64,000 nt of DNA from Candidatus Tokpelaia sp. JSC161 (GTDB taxonomy: Bacteria > Pseudomonadota > Alphaproteobacteria > Rhizobiales > Rhizobiaceae): NCBI GenBank assembly GCA_003331105.1, contig QEND01000003.1, forward strand, positions 21,540-85,539, given 5' to 3'. Position 1 is the stretch's first letter; every line of letters starts with the position of its first letter. The notes under the pieces were generated by a model. That model searched no databases and had not been told where the DNA came from. It was given only the letters and a program-made list of their open reading frames with translations. Below are positions 51,755 to 62,966 of this stretch, piece after piece. A program made the position numbers and the translations under genes.

Positions 51755-52612
51755 ATGAATACTCCGGTAGATATTACAAAAATGAATGGGACAGGGAATA
51801 AAATTCTTATTATCGATATGCGCGGTCGGACATCTCCGATGAGATCAAGAGCAATCCTCAATTTAGCTCATAAAGAAAAAAATGAATTTGATCAAATGAT
51901 GGCAATATATGTTTCAAAAAATAAAGCTATCGATTATTTGATTGAAATTTTTAATAATGACGGCTCATCGGCACAAGCATGTGGAAATGGCACACGCTGT
52001 GTCGTAGAATGGCTTTACCAAAAAGAAAAAAAGGATCACTTTTGCCTCAAAACAAAAGGCGGTCTCATCCAAGCACAACGTTTACAGAACGGCCTTGTCT
52101 CCGTTGATATGGGAAAGCCCACTTGGAATTGGGAAGATATTCCTCTTTCATATGCTGTTTCAGATACGAATCATGTCAGATTTAAGTCTATTCCTTTCGG
52201 AGAGGCATCACTGGTTTCTATAGGAAATCCTCATGCTATTTTCTTCGTAGAAAACAATCCAGCATCTTACAATATAGAAGATTGGGGACCAGAAGTAGAG
52301 CAAAATCCACTTTTTCCTGAAGGCATCAACGTTTCCATTGCTTTGGTTACATCCAGGACAAGCCTGAATATACGTACTTGGGAACGCGGAGTAGGGTTGA
52401 CTCAATCATGCGGATCCGCAGCTTGTGCTAGCATCGTCGCTGCCTGTCGCAGAAATCTAACAGAAAGAAAAGTCACAGTAGCATTTCCAGGTGGCGATCT
52501 CTATATTTTATGGAAAAAAAATAACAATATCATTATGACAGGAAACACACAATATGAATATTCAGCTCTTTTGGATCCTATTACTGGTTATCTGATAAAA
52601 GAAAAGGATTAG
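51755..52612 (+). CDS. dapF: Diaminopimelate epimerase
   Basis: KMNGTGNKILIID, ACGNGTRC and SCGSAACA (the two catalytic Cys). Confidence 0.88.
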   Translation: MNTPVDITKMNGTGNKILIIDMRGRTSPMRSRAILNLAHKEKNEFDQMMAIYVSKNKAIDYLIEIFNNDGSSAQACGNGTRCVVEWLYQKEKKDHFCLKTKGGLIQAQRLQNGLVSVDMGKPTWNWEDIPLSYAVSDTNHVRFKSIPFGEASLVSIGNPHAIFFVENNPASYNIEDWGPEVEQNPLFPEGINVSIALVTSRTSLNIRTWERGVGLTQSCGSAACASIVAACRRNLTERKVTVAFPGGDLYILWKKNNNIIMTGNTQYEYSALLDPITGYLIKEKD

Positions 52613-52616
52613 ATAT

Positions 52617-53882
52617 ATGGCAACAGAAATCGTTACTTTCGGCTGCCGTCTCAATAGCTCTGAAACAGAAATTATACGCCAGAAAAGCGAAAAAGCTGGT
52701 CTTCATGCTTTACCTGGAGAAAGCATCATATTTAATACATGCGCTGTCACAGCCGAAGCGGTACGAAAAGCTAAACAGGCCATTCGCAAAGCGCGTCGCC
52801 AGAATCAAAAAGCACGGATCATTGTTACTGGTTGTGCGGCACAAACAGCTTTTCAGGATTTTTCATCGATGCATGAGGTCGACCTTGTTTTAGGGAATGA
52901 AGAAAAACTGCATACTTCTTCCTACCGTTATTTCCCTGATTTTGGTATCAGGCATATGGAAAAAGTGCATGTTAATGATATCATGCAGGTGCGTCAAAAC
53001 GCGCCGCATATGGTTGATCTGATGGAAGGGAAAACACGGGCTTTTGTTCAAGTACAAAATGGCTGCGATCACCGTTGTACCTTTTGTATCATTCCTTATG
53101 GACGTGGCCCTTCACGTTCTGTCCCGCCAGGTGCAGTCGTAGAACAAATAAAAAAGTTAACTCAGAATGGTTATAAAGAAGTCGTACTCACGGGTGTGGA
53201 CTTAACAAGCTATGGCCCTGATTTACCAGGAAAAATTTCCCTTGGAAAACTTGTTGCTTCTATTCTCCGCAATGTTCCAGATCTTCCCCGCCTTCGCTTA
53301 TCTTCTCTTGATTCCATGGAAATAGATGAGGAACTTTTTGATCTTCTGAGTTATCAAAAAAGGCTCATGCCATACCTACACTTATCCCTTCAGTCCGGTG
53401 ATAATATAATTCTCAAGCGCATGAAACGACGACACCAACGAGGAGATATAGTTCATTTTTGTCAGAACTTGCGAAGTAAAAGGCCAAACATAGTTTTTGG
53501 GGCAGATCTTATTGCTGGATTTCCAACAGAAAGTGATTCCATGTTTGAAAAGACACGCACTCTGATCCATGAATGTCACCTTACTCAGTTACATATATTT
53601 CCTTTCAGCCCACGCTTAGGAACACCAGCAGCCCGCATGCCTCAAATAAAACGCGAAATCATTAAAGAAAGAGCTTCTGTTCTTCGCAACGAGGGCAAAA
53701 AGGCTTATTTGAAGCATTTAGAAACATTGCGATCTACTTATCAAAACATTCTTATTGAAAAGGATGGAATAGGTCGCTGTGAAGACTACACTTTAGTTAA
53801 AATCAATAAGGCTAGAACAGGAACGATAATCAGATCTAAAATTCTTTCACATGATGGTGAAAAGTTAAGGATCAATCACTAG
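52617..53882 (+). CDS. mtaB: tRNA t6A37 methylthiotransferase MtaB (radical SAM, MiaB family)
   Basis: FGCRLNSSE, NTCAVT, a CDHRCTFCIIP radical-SAM cluster, and a C-terminal TRAM-like segment. Confidence 0.85.
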   Translation: MATEIVTFGCRLNSSETEIIRQKSEKAGLHALPGESIIFNTCAVTAEAVRKAKQAIRKARRQNQKARIIVTGCAAQTAFQDFSSMHEVDLVLGNEEKLHTSSYRYFPDFGIRHMEKVHVNDIMQVRQNAPHMVDLMEGKTRAFVQVQNGCDHRCTFCIIPYGRGPSRSVPPGAVVEQIKKLTQNGYKEVVLTGVDLTSYGPDLPGKISLGKLVASILRNVPDLPRLRLSSLDSMEIDEELFDLLSYQKRLMPYLHLSLQSGDNIILKRMKRRHQRGDIVHFCQNLRSKRPNIVFGADLIAGFPTESDSMFEKTRTLIHECHLTQLHIFPFSPRLGTPAARMPQIKREIIKERASVLRNEGKKAYLKHLETLRSTYQNILIEKDGIGRCEDYTLVKINKARTGTIIRSKILSHDGEKLRINH

Positions 53883-53884
53883 GA

Positions 53885-54976
53885 GTGATTCAGCTTGAAA
53901 GGCAAAAATTGCATGATGATTCGATTAAAAAAAAAATCTCAGAAGGAACGAAAACATATCACTCAGAACAAAAGTTAGATAAGAGCTTCCCTAATATTAT
54001 AATAACAGGACAGAATCAGAATAACATTCTCGAAGAGACAAAAACACATCCTTTGAGAGAGAGATCTTGGTTAAAACGATTAACATCCGGCATGCTGCGT
54101 TCATCACAACAATTAGGAGATTCCATTAGTAACATCTTTAAAAAACGCAAGTTAGATGAAGAAACATTACAGAATCTAGAAGATCTTTTAATTCAATCAG
54201 ACATAGGCTTTGAAACAGCTATGCAGATCAGCAACACACTCCGCTCCAACCGCTTTGGGAAAGAGATATCAAGTGATGACGTTCGTTCTTTGATAAAACA
54301 GGAAATTCAGAAAATTCTAGACCCCATAGCAAAACCATTAGAAATCAATCTTTCACATAAACCGTACATTATCATGGTCGTTGGCGTTAATGGTAGTGGA
54401 AAAACAACAACCATTGGGAAAATTGCAGCTAAACTAAAAGCGAGGGGATTATCTGTTATGTTAGCAGCAGGAGATACATTTCGCGCTGCAGCTCTTGAAC
54501 AATTAAACGTTTGGGGAGCACGGACCAATTCTGTCGTCATTTCCTTATATCCAGGAGCAGACGCAGCAGGAGTTGCTTATAAAGCCTATGAAAAAGCGAA
54601 GGCTACTCATACGGATGTATTGATCATTGATACAGCAGGCCGACTACATAACAAAACAGAACTGATGGATGAGTTAGCTAAAATACGTCGTGTTTTAGCA
54701 AAAAGTGACCCTCAATCACCGCACACAGTTTTACAAATACTTGATGCAACAACGGGCCAGAATACACTAAAGCAAATTGAAGCTTTTCGTCAGACTTCTC
54801 TTGTCAGTGGCCTTGTTATGACAAAGCTTGACGGAACCGCGAGAGGTGGTATTCTTGTCGCTGTTGCCATTCAATATAAAGTGCCCGTTCATTTTATCGG
54901 GATTGGTGAAGAGATAGATGCTCTTGAAGCTTTTTCAGCTAAAGAATTTTCAGAAGCTATTCTAGGAAACCATTAA
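53885..54976 (+). CDS. ftsY: Signal recognition particle receptor FtsY
   Basis: GVNGSGKTTTIGK, DTAGR and TKLDGTARGG. The start is uncertain: GTG 53885 overlaps the AGGAG, and TTG 53909 is an alternative. Confidence 0.9.
   Translation: MIQLERQKLHDDSIKKKISEGTKTYHSEQKLDKSFPNIIITGQNQNNILEETKTHPLRERSWLKRLTSGMLRSSQQLGDSISNIFKKRKLDEETLQNLEDLLIQSDIGFETAMQISNTLRSNRFGKEISSDDVRSLIKQEIQKILDPIAKPLEINLSHKPYIIMVVGVNGSGKTTTIGKIAAKLKARGLSVMLAAGDTFRAAALEQLNVWGARTNSVVISLYPGADAAGVAYKAYEKAKATHTDVLIIDTAGRLHNKTELMDELAKIRRVLAKSDPQSPHTVLQILDATTGQNTLKQIEAFRQTSLVSGLVMTKLDGTARGGILVAVAIQYKVPVHFIGIGEEIDALEAFSAKEFSEAILGNH
53927..53936 (+). repeat. A10 homopolymer inside the ftsY 5' coding region (IKKKIS)
   Basis: Ten consecutive A read directly at 53927-53936. 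Confidence 0.9.
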
Positions 54977-54979
54977 AGC

Positions 54980-55639
54980 ATGAATCCTTTTTTTAAATCT
55001 GATCGACAGAAACCAAAAGATCAGATCATCCCCTTTCTTCAGATAATCCTAGAAATAGGGCCGTTACTCATTTTCTTTCTTGTTAACTTTCGCTTTGGTC
55101 GTTGGCTTCTTCATCATGTGCGGCTCTTTTCTTCTTTTGAGAAACCGATTTATCCGGCTACAGCACTTTTTATGATCTCAATTGTTCTTGCATTTGGAAT
55201 CTCATGGAGAATCACGCGTCAACTTCCTCTGATTCCTCTCATTTCAGGGATCTTTATTCTTCTCTTTGGCTCTTTAACATTATGGCTTAATAATGATACA
55301 TTTATAAAAATGAAACCAACATTTTTTCATCTCTCTCTTGCCTGTCTCCTTTTTGGAGGGCTCATTTTTAACAAAAAATCATTTATCCTTAATAGACTGG
55401 AGACCGCTATCAAATTAGATCCTGAAGGGCTACGAAAACTTACCAAGCGTTTAGCTTATTTCTTTCTTTCCCTTGGTCTTTTAAATGAAATTATCTGGCG
55501 GAACTTTAATGATGAATTTTGGACAACCTTCAAAGTTTTTGGGACTATGCCCCTTACAATTGTTTTTATGCTCGCACAAGCACCCTTGATTATGCGCCAT
55601 GCGGTCGATCACAAAAAATCAGATTTTGAGTCATGTTAA
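54980..55639 (+). CDS. yciB: Inner-membrane septation protein A (YciB/IspZ family)
   Basis: 219 aa, polytopic. ILEIGPLLIFFLVN, FIKMKPTFFH, LNEIIWRNF and FKVFGTMPLT. Confidence 0.8.
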   Translation: MNPFFKSDRQKPKDQIIPFLQIILEIGPLLIFFLVNFRFGRWLLHHVRLFSSFEKPIYPATALFMISIVLAFGISWRITRQLPLIPLISGIFILLFGSLTLWLNNDTFIKMKPTFFHLSLACLLFGGLIFNKKSFILNRLETAIKLDPEGLRKLTKRLAYFFLSLGLLNEIIWRNFNDEFWTTFKVFGTMPLTIVFMLAQAPLIMRHAVDHKKSDFESC

Positions 55640-56394
55640 TCGAACAGTTTATTTGCCGGATAGATAATATTGCTATTTTACTGCATCATGAATCAAGTCA
55701 GAGAACAATAGCTATTGATGCTCCTGACGGAGAAGCTCTTCTTGCGCACCTTCAAAAACTTGAAAGAAAACTTGATCTGGTTCTTATTACCCATCATCAT
55801 ACAGATCATACTTCAGGGATTCGAGTCATCAAAGAAAAGACAAATGCTCTTTTCATTGGTCCAGAAGCAGAAAAGTCAAAAATTTTTGGACTTGATTATG
55901 TTATTAATGAGCACGATATCCTTCAAACAGACTTTTGCAATATTGAAGTTTTAAGTACACCAGGGCATACCTTAGGATCAATAAGCTACTATTTTCCAGA
56001 GGAAAAATTGATTTTTACTGGAGATACGTTATTCTCTCTTGGTTGCGGTCGAATCTTTGAAGGGTCGACTAAAATGATGTTTCATTCTTTAGAAAAGCTT
56101 GCGAGCATACCTGAAGATACACGCATGTATTGCGGTCACGAATACACTGAAAAAAATGGACAGTTCGCCTTAACCGTTGATCCGCAGAATAAAAATTTGC
56201 AAGATCATGTAGCAAAAATTATTTCTTTACGGAAAAAAAATAGATTGACAATGCCTTCCACTATAGGACTTGAGCGTGCAATCAACCCATTTTTACGTAG
56301 CGCAAACCCAAGCATTCGAAAAAATCTTGATCTTATGACAGCATCGGATGAACGTGTTTTTGCAACATTACGAAAGCTTAAAGACAACTACTGA
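55633..56394 (+). CDS. gloB: Hydroxyacylglutathione hydrolase (glyoxalase II)
   Basis: Metallo-beta-lactamase motif THHHTDH, TPGHT and CGHEYT. The ATG overlaps the yciB stop. Confidence 0.88.
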   Translation: MLIEQFICRIDNIAILLHHESSQRTIAIDAPDGEALLAHLQKLERKLDLVLITHHHTDHTSGIRVIKEKTNALFIGPEAEKSKIFGLDYVINEHDILQTDFCNIEVLSTPGHTLGSISYYFPEEKLIFTGDTLFSLGCGRIFEGSTKMMFHSLEKLASIPEDTRMYCGHEYTEKNGQFALTVDPQNKNLQDHVAKIISLRKKNRLTMPSTIGLERAINPFLRSANPSIRKNLDLMTASDERVFATLRKLKDNY

Positions 56395-56396
56395 GG

Positions 56397-56762
56397 TCAA
56401 CTCATGTATTCTAAGCCCTTTTGCGCTGAGATCACTAAATGAGAAAAAGCAGCTTGCTCATGGATTGCCATATCAGAAAGTAGCTTACGATCTACAGTAA
56501 TATTCACTTTTGACAATCCATCAATAAAACGGCTATATGTCAATCCTTCCCTACGAACAGCAGCATTAATACGCTGGATCCAAAGAGCACGGAAACTCCG
56601 TTTACGATTCTTCCGATCACGATAAGCATATTGTCGCGAACGGTCTACAGCTGCTTTCGCAGCACGAATCGTATTTTTACGGCGCCCATAAAATCCTTCT
56701 GCTTGCTTTAAAACTTTTTTATGCCTAGCATGGGCGTTCACACCCCTTTTCACACGTGACAC
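56397..56762 (-). CDS. rplT: 50S ribosomal protein L20
   Basis: [30 protein letters not shown]... Confidence 0.95.
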   Translation of the reverse strand: MSRVKRGVNAHARHKKVLKQAEGFYGRRKNTIRAAKAAVDRSRQYAYRDRKNRKRSFRALWIQRINAAVRREGLTYSRFIDGLSKVNITVDRKLLSDMAIHEQAAFSHLVISAQKGLEYMS

Positions 56763-56815
56763 TTCAAGAGTCTCCTATCAATTTTAATCAAAAAGGGCAT
56801 ACAATAGATCCTTTA

Positions 56816-57007
56816 TCAAAGGTAAAACTTCGTGACTTTTCTAGCATCTTGCTTGGATAAAAGCATAGTTCCTCTCGCACGGCGGATAAACTTAGGAGAT
56901 CTTTTGATCATACCATGACGCTTCCCAGCCGCACCCACTTTAATTTTTCCACCTGCTGTAACGCTAAACCGCTTTTTGGCAGAAGACTTGGTCTTCAACT
57001 TGGGCAT
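56816..57007 (-). CDS. rpmI: 50S ribosomal protein L35
   Basis: ATG 57007 behind GGAG gives [14 protein letters not shown]... The ORF-track start at 57028 is less likely. Confidence 0.93.
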   Translation of the reverse strand: MPKLKTKSSAKKRFSVTAGGKIKVGAAGKRHGMIKRSPKFIRRARGTMLLSKQDARKVTKFYL

Positions 57008-57165
57008 TTGACTTCTCCACATTTGCAATATTATTCCATACGTCTGTACATATAAAGAACCGCCATGACATGCCCTGCCTGGCAGTTGTTTTTAAGAATA
57101 ACAGGTTCATTTCCTCTTGGCAAGGCTCCTGAATCAGAGCTCACATAGCTTTTTCATTGTAAGCT

Positions 57166-57828
57166 CTAAGAAAGCTTCTTCAGGTTTTTAATTTTTAAAA
57201 TGACAGAATCACTATCAAGAATGCTCCTGTGTAGTAGAAAATCAAATATCCATTTTTCATGAGAATCACTGATTTCCTGTAAATAGCTTTTCCCCTTGTG
57301 TAATAAGATTGTCGTATTTCCCTTCAAAAATGGAAGAACAAATCGAAAAATCTTTTTTAAAGATGCTAGAGCTCGAGATGTAATGATATCTGGTAAAGGC
57401 ACATGACTATAACTATCTTCAATTCGCATATGATAAACTTTTGCAGGAAGAGAAAGCTTTGTAATGACAGTATGCAAAAAAGAAGCCTTTTTTGCATTGC
57501 TCTCAATCAAGTGAATAGATCTCTTTTCCTCTCTTTTCAAAAAGAGAGCAATCACTATTCCTGGGAATCCAGCACCGGAACCTAGATCAAGCCAAATTTC
57601 AGCCTTTGATTCTAAGAGCAAAAGTTGAGCGCTATCTAATATATGCCGTGTCCAAAAATCAGAGAGAGTCGAATTAGCTACCAAATTAATATGAATTTGC
57701 CACTGACGAAGGAGTCTTTCATACATACACAACTCTTCAAAGAGTTCAGACGAAACATGAGGAAAAATCTTTAATAACTCTAAAAAACCTTGCTCAGACA
57801 GCATGATTAACCTTTGATGAACGGACAA
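57166..57828 (-). CDS. rsmG: 16S rRNA (guanine527-N7)-methyltransferase RsmG (GidB)
   Basis: [14 protein letters not shown] is the SAM-binding motif. An alternative start is ATG 57804. Both overlap the mnmG stop. Confidence 0.85.
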   Translation of the reverse strand: MSVHQRLIMLSEQGFLELLKIFPHVSSELFEELCMYERLLRQWQIHINLVANSTLSDFWTRHILDSAQLLLLESKAEIWLDLGSGAGFPGIVIALFLKREEKRSIHLIESNAKKASFLHTVITKLSLPAKVYHMRIEDSYSHVPLPDIITSRALASLKKIFRFVLPFLKGNTTILLHKGKSYLQEISDSHEKWIFDFLLHRSILDSDSVILKIKNLKKLS

Positions 57829-59659
57829 TATGCGTAATAATAGAAAAAATAGCAGATGGAGTCATGCCATCAATGCGCTGTGCCTCCCCAATGGTCCTAG
57901 GCATGTTCCGTAACAATTTAACTTTCAATTCATTAGACAAACCAGAAATATTGTTAAAATTCAGATCCTGTGGAATATTAAGCTTTTCATCGCGTTGTAA
58001 TGTCATGATATCTTGCTTTTGTCGTTCCATATAAACAGCATACTGCGCCTCAATTTCTAAGGATTCAATAGTCTTTTTATCATAATTTTTTAATTTTGGC
58101 CAAATTTCAGAAAGTTTTCTGACATTAATTTCTGGATAAGAAAGAAGATCATAAGCTGTTCTACGCACACCATCTTTATTAATACGCAAATTATAAAGGA
58201 TTGCCTCATTTGGAGTAACAGAAACCGATTTAGAAAAATTTCTCATATTTTCGAGAAGTCTCTTACTTTTAAAAAAAAGATCCTCTCTTTCACGACTCAC
58301 AAGACCCATTTTGATACCAAGAGGAGTTAATCTTTGGTCAGCGTTATCTGAACGTAATGATAAACGAAACTCAGCCCTTGATGTAAACATACGATATGGT
58401 TCCTGCACACCCCGGATCACAAGGTCATCAATTAAAACCCCAATATATGATTCTGTTCTTTGAAAAATAAATGGAGAAAGATTACAAACCTTCCTAGCTG
58501 CATTTAATCCCGCAACAATTCCTTGTGCTCCGGCTTCCTCATACCCTGTGGTGCCATTAATTTGACCAGCAAGATACAGACCTGGGAGAATACGTAGCTC
58601 AAGTGTATGTTCAAGTTGGCGTGGATCAACAAAATCATATTCTATCGCATAACCTGGTTGCAAAATCTCTACATGATCTAAGCCCTTTATTGTTTTTATA
58701 AAAGCATGCTGAATTTTTTCAGGTAAAGAAGTTGAGATACCATTTGGATAAATTATATTGCTGTCGATACCCTCTAATTCAAGAAAAATCTGATGTCCTG
58801 TTTTATCAGAAAAATTAATAATTTTGTCTTCGACAGAAGGACAATAACGTGGACCAACTCCTTGAATCGCACCGGAATACATAGATGAAAGATGAAGATT
58901 CTTGCGAATGATCTCGTGTGTTGCAAGATTAGTACGTGTCATAGCACAGCTAATTTGCGGTCGATCAATCTTTGATGTAAGAAATGAAAAAGGGACAATT
59001 TCATCATCTGGCTCTTGCCAATCAACTTCAGACCAATTAACGGTTTTACTATTAAGACGCGGAGGAGTTCCTGTTTTTAATCGTCCAAGTTTCACTCCAT
59101 AAAAAGAAAGCTTTTCCGCTAACTTCTGAGAAGAAAAATCTCCAATCCTGCCTGCAGCCCAACTTTTCTTGCCTATATGAATGACCCCCCTCAGAAAAGT
59201 ACCTGTCGTGAGAACAACGGCCCCGCCCTTCAGATCGTCTTTCTTTGCTAAAAGGACTCCTGCAATTTTTCCATTCTTTATAAGGAGATCGATCACTTCA
59301 TCTTCAATGACAACAAGATTCTCTTGCTCTTTAATAAAAGTTTGGACTGCTTCTCGGTAAATTGCTCTATCTGCTAGCGCTCTGGATGAACGGACTGCTG
59401 GCCCTTTTCGTCTATTTAATACTCTAAACTGAATCCCTGATTTATCCGCTGCAAGCCCCATTAAACCATCTAAAGCATCTATTTCACGTACCAGATGTCC
59501 TTTCCCTAAACCACCAATCGCTGGATTACATGACATGACACCAATTGTAGAAAACTTCCAAGTGACTAAAGCCGTTTTTGCACCTAAACGCGCTGAAGCC
59601 GTAGCTGCTTCACAGCCTGCATGCCCTCCTCCAACAACGATGACATCAAATGATTTCAA
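57794..59659 (-). CDS. mnmG: tRNA uridine 5-carboxymethylaminomethyl modification enzyme MnmG (GidA)
   Basis: [22 protein letters not shown] and [13 protein letters not shown]. Confidence 0.95.
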   Translation of the reverse strand: MKSFDVIVVGGGHAGCEAATASARLGAKTALVTWKFSTIGVMSCNPAIGGLGKGHLVREIDALDGLMGLAADKSGIQFRVLNRRKGPAVRSSRALADRAIYREAVQTFIKEQENLVVIEDEVIDLLIKNGKIAGVLLAKKDDLKGGAVVLTTGTFLRGVIHIGKKSWAAGRIGDFSSQKLAEKLSFYGVKLGRLKTGTPPRLNSKTVNWSEVDWQEPDDEIVPFSFLTSKIDRPQISCAMTRTNLATHEIIRKNLHLSSMYSGAIQGVGPRYCPSVEDKIINFSDKTGHQIFLELEGIDSNIIYPNGISTSLPEKIQHAFIKTIKGLDHVEILQPGYAIEYDFVDPRQLEHTLELRILPGLYLAGQINGTTGYEEAGAQGIVAGLNAARKVCNLSPFIFQRTESYIGVLIDDLVIRGVQEPYRMFTSRAEFRLSLRSDNADQRLTPLGIKMGLVSREREDLFFKSKRLLENMRNFSKSVSVTPNEAILYNLRINKDGVRRTAYDLLSYPEINVRKLSEIWPKLKNYDKKTIESLEIEAQYAVYMERQKQDIMTLQRDEKLNIPQDLNFNNISGLSNELKVKLLRNMPRTIGEAQRIDGMTPSAIFSIITHIVRSSKVNHAV

Positions 59660-59706
59660 GAGAAAATACCCAAATTATTGCTGTTCTAGCACATGAAATT
59701 ATAGAT

Positions 59707-61011
59707 TTATTTCCCAATACAAAATTCAGAAAAGATTGAATCAAGTAAATCCTCAACATGAATATCACCCGTAATACGACCGAGGGAATCTGATGCACGA
59801 CGCAAATGTTCTGCACAGAACTCCAAATTCGTTTTTTCCAATGCTAATTTGAGTTCATCTAATCCATCTTTTAATAAGGTCACATGTCTTTCCTTTGCAG
59901 GGATCATATCAGAAAATTTTGTAATTTTATTCTGACAAAAAAGATTTAAATTTTTCATCAAGTGATCCAAACCTTTCCCCGTTTTAGCTGATATCTGAAT
60001 AGGCCATGTCTGACTATTTCCATACCCTAAATCTGATTTATTTCCTATATACCATACATCAGCTTGTGTCTCAGGTAAATTAATTTTCTGGAGATTATGC
60101 ATATCATCAACGACCAAAACGAGATCAGCTTTTTTAATATGCTGGAGGGCTGCATGAATACCCATTGCTTCAACAAGACTCTCTGCATCTCGCAGACCAG
60201 CTGTATCCATAATAAGAACAGGGACTGATTCAAGAATAAGATTAACTTCTATGACATCCCGAGTTGTCCCTTCTTCTTGAGTAACTATCGAAATGTCTCG
60301 CCCCACAAGCCGATTCATAAGAGTCGATTTACCAGAATTAGGAGAACCTGTAATCACAATTTTCAAACCATCACGCAGAATTCCTGATTGTTCAGCAGCA
60401 AGAATATGTTCCGAAATTTCTTTGATCAGAACACGAATCTTTTCCCATACCTGATCAGAAATCAAATCACTTGAAATATCTTCTTCCTCTGAAAAATCAA
60501 AATCGAGTTCAAGTAAGGATCTGGCTTTTATAAGCTTCTTCCTCCACTGTCGGTAAAGGTTGCCTAAAGACCCACTGGCTCCCATCATAGCTAATCTGCG
60601 TTGACTCTCCGTTTCAGCATTGATTAAATCCGCTAAACCTTCAGCTTCGGTTAAATCAAGTTTCCCTTTATAAAATGCACGACGGGCAAATTCTCCAGCT
60701 TCGGCTAAACGACACTCTGAAAACTCTGAGAGTTCCCTGAACAAACGAGAAACCACGGCTTTACTACCATGGAGATGAAATTCTGCGCAATCTTCACCAG
60801 TAAAACTATGAGGAGATGGAAAATAAACAATCATCGCTTGATCAAGAATTTCTCCATTGCTCGATCGTAAGCTATGAAAACACAGATTCCGTGGTTTCGG
60901 AATAAAACCAACTAATTGTGTCAGGATATTTTTTACAGATTTTCCAGATAAACGGACAACAGCTATCGCTGAAGGAAGAAGCCCACTTGATAATGCAAAG
61001 ATTGTATCCAT
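59707..61011 (-). CDS. mnmE: tRNA modification GTPase MnmE (TrmE)
   Basis: MDTIFALSSG, GSPNSGKST, DTAGLR and the C-terminal CIGK. Confidence 0.92.
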   Translation of the reverse strand: MDTIFALSSGLLPSAIAVVRLSGKSVKNILTQLVGFIPKPRNLCFHSLRSSNGEILDQAMIVYFPSPHSFTGEDCAEFHLHGSKAVVSRLFRELSEFSECRLAEAGEFARRAFYKGKLDLTEAEGLADLINAETESQRRLAMMGASGSLGNLYRQWRKKLIKARSLLELDFDFSEEEDISSDLISDQVWEKIRVLIKEISEHILAAEQSGILRDGLKIVITGSPNSGKSTLMNRLVGRDISIVTQEEGTTRDVIEVNLILESVPVLIMDTAGLRDAESLVEAMGIHAALQHIKKADLVLVVDDMHNLQKINLPETQADVWYIGNKSDLGYGNSQTWPIQISAKTGKGLDHLMKNLNLFCQNKITKFSDMIPAKERHVTLLKDGLDELKLALEKTNLEFCAEHLRRASDSLGRITGDIHVEDLLDSIFSEFCIGK

Positions 61012-61016
61012 TCTTT

Positions 61017-62279
61017 CTAAGTATTCATCTTTTCAAAAAATTCGCTATTCGTCTTTGTTTGTTTTTGTTTATCGATTAAAAATTCAATAGCATCTGTCGT
61101 TCCCATAGGAGCTAAAATCCGTCTTAAAATAAAAACTTTTTGCAAGTCTTTCCGTGCTACGAGTAAGTCTTCTTTACGAGTCCCAGACTTCATAATATCA
61201 ATAGCTGGAAAAATTCTTTTATCAGCGATTTTGCGATCAAGAACTATTTCAGAATTCCCAGTTCCTTTGAACTCCTCAAAAATTACTTCATCCATACGGC
61301 TTCCTGTATCAATCAATGCCGTTGCGATAATCGTTAGCGATCCTCCTTCTTCGATATTCCGAGCAGCACCAAAAAAACGCTTCGGCTTTTGCAGTGCGTT
61401 CGCATCAACTCCACCGGTCAAAACTTTTCCTGATGAAGGAATCACTGTGTTGTAAGCGCGACCAAGACGAGTAACTGAATCCAGTAAGATAATAACATCT
61501 CGACTATGTTCAACTAAACGCTTAGCTTTTTCAATAACCATTTCAGCAACCTGTACATGACGTGAAGCAGGCTCGTCGAAAGTTGAAGAGATCACTTCAC
61601 CTTTTACCGAACGCTGCATATCTGTTACTTCTTCTGGTCGTTCATCAATTAATAAAACTATGAGATAACATTCAGGATGATTCACTGTAATTGAATGAGC
61701 AATGTTCTGTAATAACATTGTCTTTCCTGTACGTGGAGGAGCAACAATAAGGCCACGTTGTCCTTTACCAAGTGGAGCAACAAGATCAATGACTCGTGGT
61801 GACATATCCTTTGATACATTCTCTAACTCCATACGGAGTTGTTCATTGGGATAAAGTGGTGTTAAATTATCAAAATGGATTTTATGACGTATTCTCTCTG
61901 GATCTTCAAAATTAATTTTATTTACTTTAAGAATAGCAAAGTATCGTTCACCTTCTTTCGGGCTTCGTATAGGGCCTTCAACCGTATCTCCTGTTTTTAA
62001 GGAAAATCTTCTGATTTGAGAAGGAGATAGATAAATATCATCCGGTCCTGGTAAGTAGTTGGCATTAGCTGAACGTAGAAACCCAAACCCATCTTGTAAA
62101 ACTTCCACGACACCTTCCCCAAGAATTTCAATATCTTGTGATGCTAAATTCTTCAATGTTGCAAACATGAGTTCTTGTTTGCGCATAGAATTAGCATTCT
62201 CAACTTCAAGCTTTTCAGCAAAAGCGACCAATTCTACCGGAGTTTTACTTTTTAGTTCTTGAAGTTTCATTTCTTGCAT
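61017..62279 (-). CDS. rho: Transcription termination factor Rho
   Basis: [21 protein letters not shown] and LIDERPEEV. Confidence 0.95.
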   Translation of the reverse strand: MQEMKLQELKSKTPVELVAFAEKLEVENANSMRKQELMFATLKNLASQDIEILGEGVVEVLQDGFGFLRSANANYLPGPDDIYLSPSQIRRFSLKTGDTVEGPIRSPKEGERYFAILKVNKINFEDPERIRHKIHFDNLTPLYPNEQLRMELENVSKDMSPRVIDLVAPLGKGQRGLIVAPPRTGKTMLLQNIAHSITVNHPECYLIVLLIDERPEEVTDMQRSVKGEVISSTFDEPASRHVQVAEMVIEKAKRLVEHSRDVIILLDSVTRLGRAYNTVIPSSGKVLTGGVDANALQKPKRFFGAARNIEEGGSLTIIATALIDTGSRMDEVIFEEFKGTGNSEIVLDRKIADKRIFPAIDIMKSGTRKEDLLVARKDLQKVFILRRILAPMGTTDAIEFLIDKQKQTKTNSEFFEKMNT

Positions 62280-62428
62280 AGAAAATGCTCACTGTTTGGT
62301 TTTAGTGGAGAAAAATCCTGTATCATTGAAGACGAGATGAATTTTCTTACAGGAATAAAGGGCAGGTCTTTCAGTCTATACATCTTCCTCTGTGTTTTCG
62401 CAAGAGGTTTCCAGCCTGCCTTATAAAG

Positions 62429-62962
62429 TTAGCAAGGAATTTTTATAATCACAACAATCACTGCAATAATCATGAGAAAAGTAGGCACTTCGTTAAGAAG
62501 CCTCCAGGTCTTTTCAGAAAACCTATTTGAGTCTGTTACAAAACGATAAGTCGATTCAGCTAAAAAAGCATGAAAAAGAGAAAGAATCAAAACAACACTC
62601 AATTTGATATGAAGCCATCCTCCGTGAAAATGATAAGCGGTCCCTGACATCCACAACCCAGTGATCCAACTGACTAACATTCCTGGATTAAGAATATACC
62701 ATAATAAACGTTGTTCCATAATTTTAAATGTTTCTGATTGGGAAGAGTCTGCTCCCACCATAGAATGATAAACAAAAAGTCTTGGCAGGTACAGCATTCC
62801 GGCCATCCAGCTAATAATGGAAAGTACATGGACTGCCTTAACCCATAGATGCTCTTTAGCTGAATCAAAGTAAAATAGGATTGATAGTATGCTTATGATC
62901 GCAAGAATTGTTTCTACAATTTTTGCCAAATTATATCCTAAATAGGTTTTTATTCTGATCAA
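62429..62962 (-). CDS. hemJ: Protoporphyrinogen IX oxidase HemJ (UPF0093/CopD-like membrane protein)
   Basis: WVKAVHVLSIISWMAGMLYLPRLFVYH is the HemJ signature region. TTG start 4 nt after the hemE stop. Confidence 0.7.
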   Translation of the reverse strand: MIRIKTYLGYNLAKIVETILAIISILSILFYFDSAKEHLWVKAVHVLSIISWMAGMLYLPRLFVYHSMVGADSSQSETFKIMEQRLLWYILNPGMLVSWITGLWMSGTAYHFHGGWLHIKLSVVLILSLFHAFLAESTYRFVTDSNRFSEKTWRLLNEVPTFLMIIAVIVVIIKIPC

Positions 62963-62966
62963 AATG

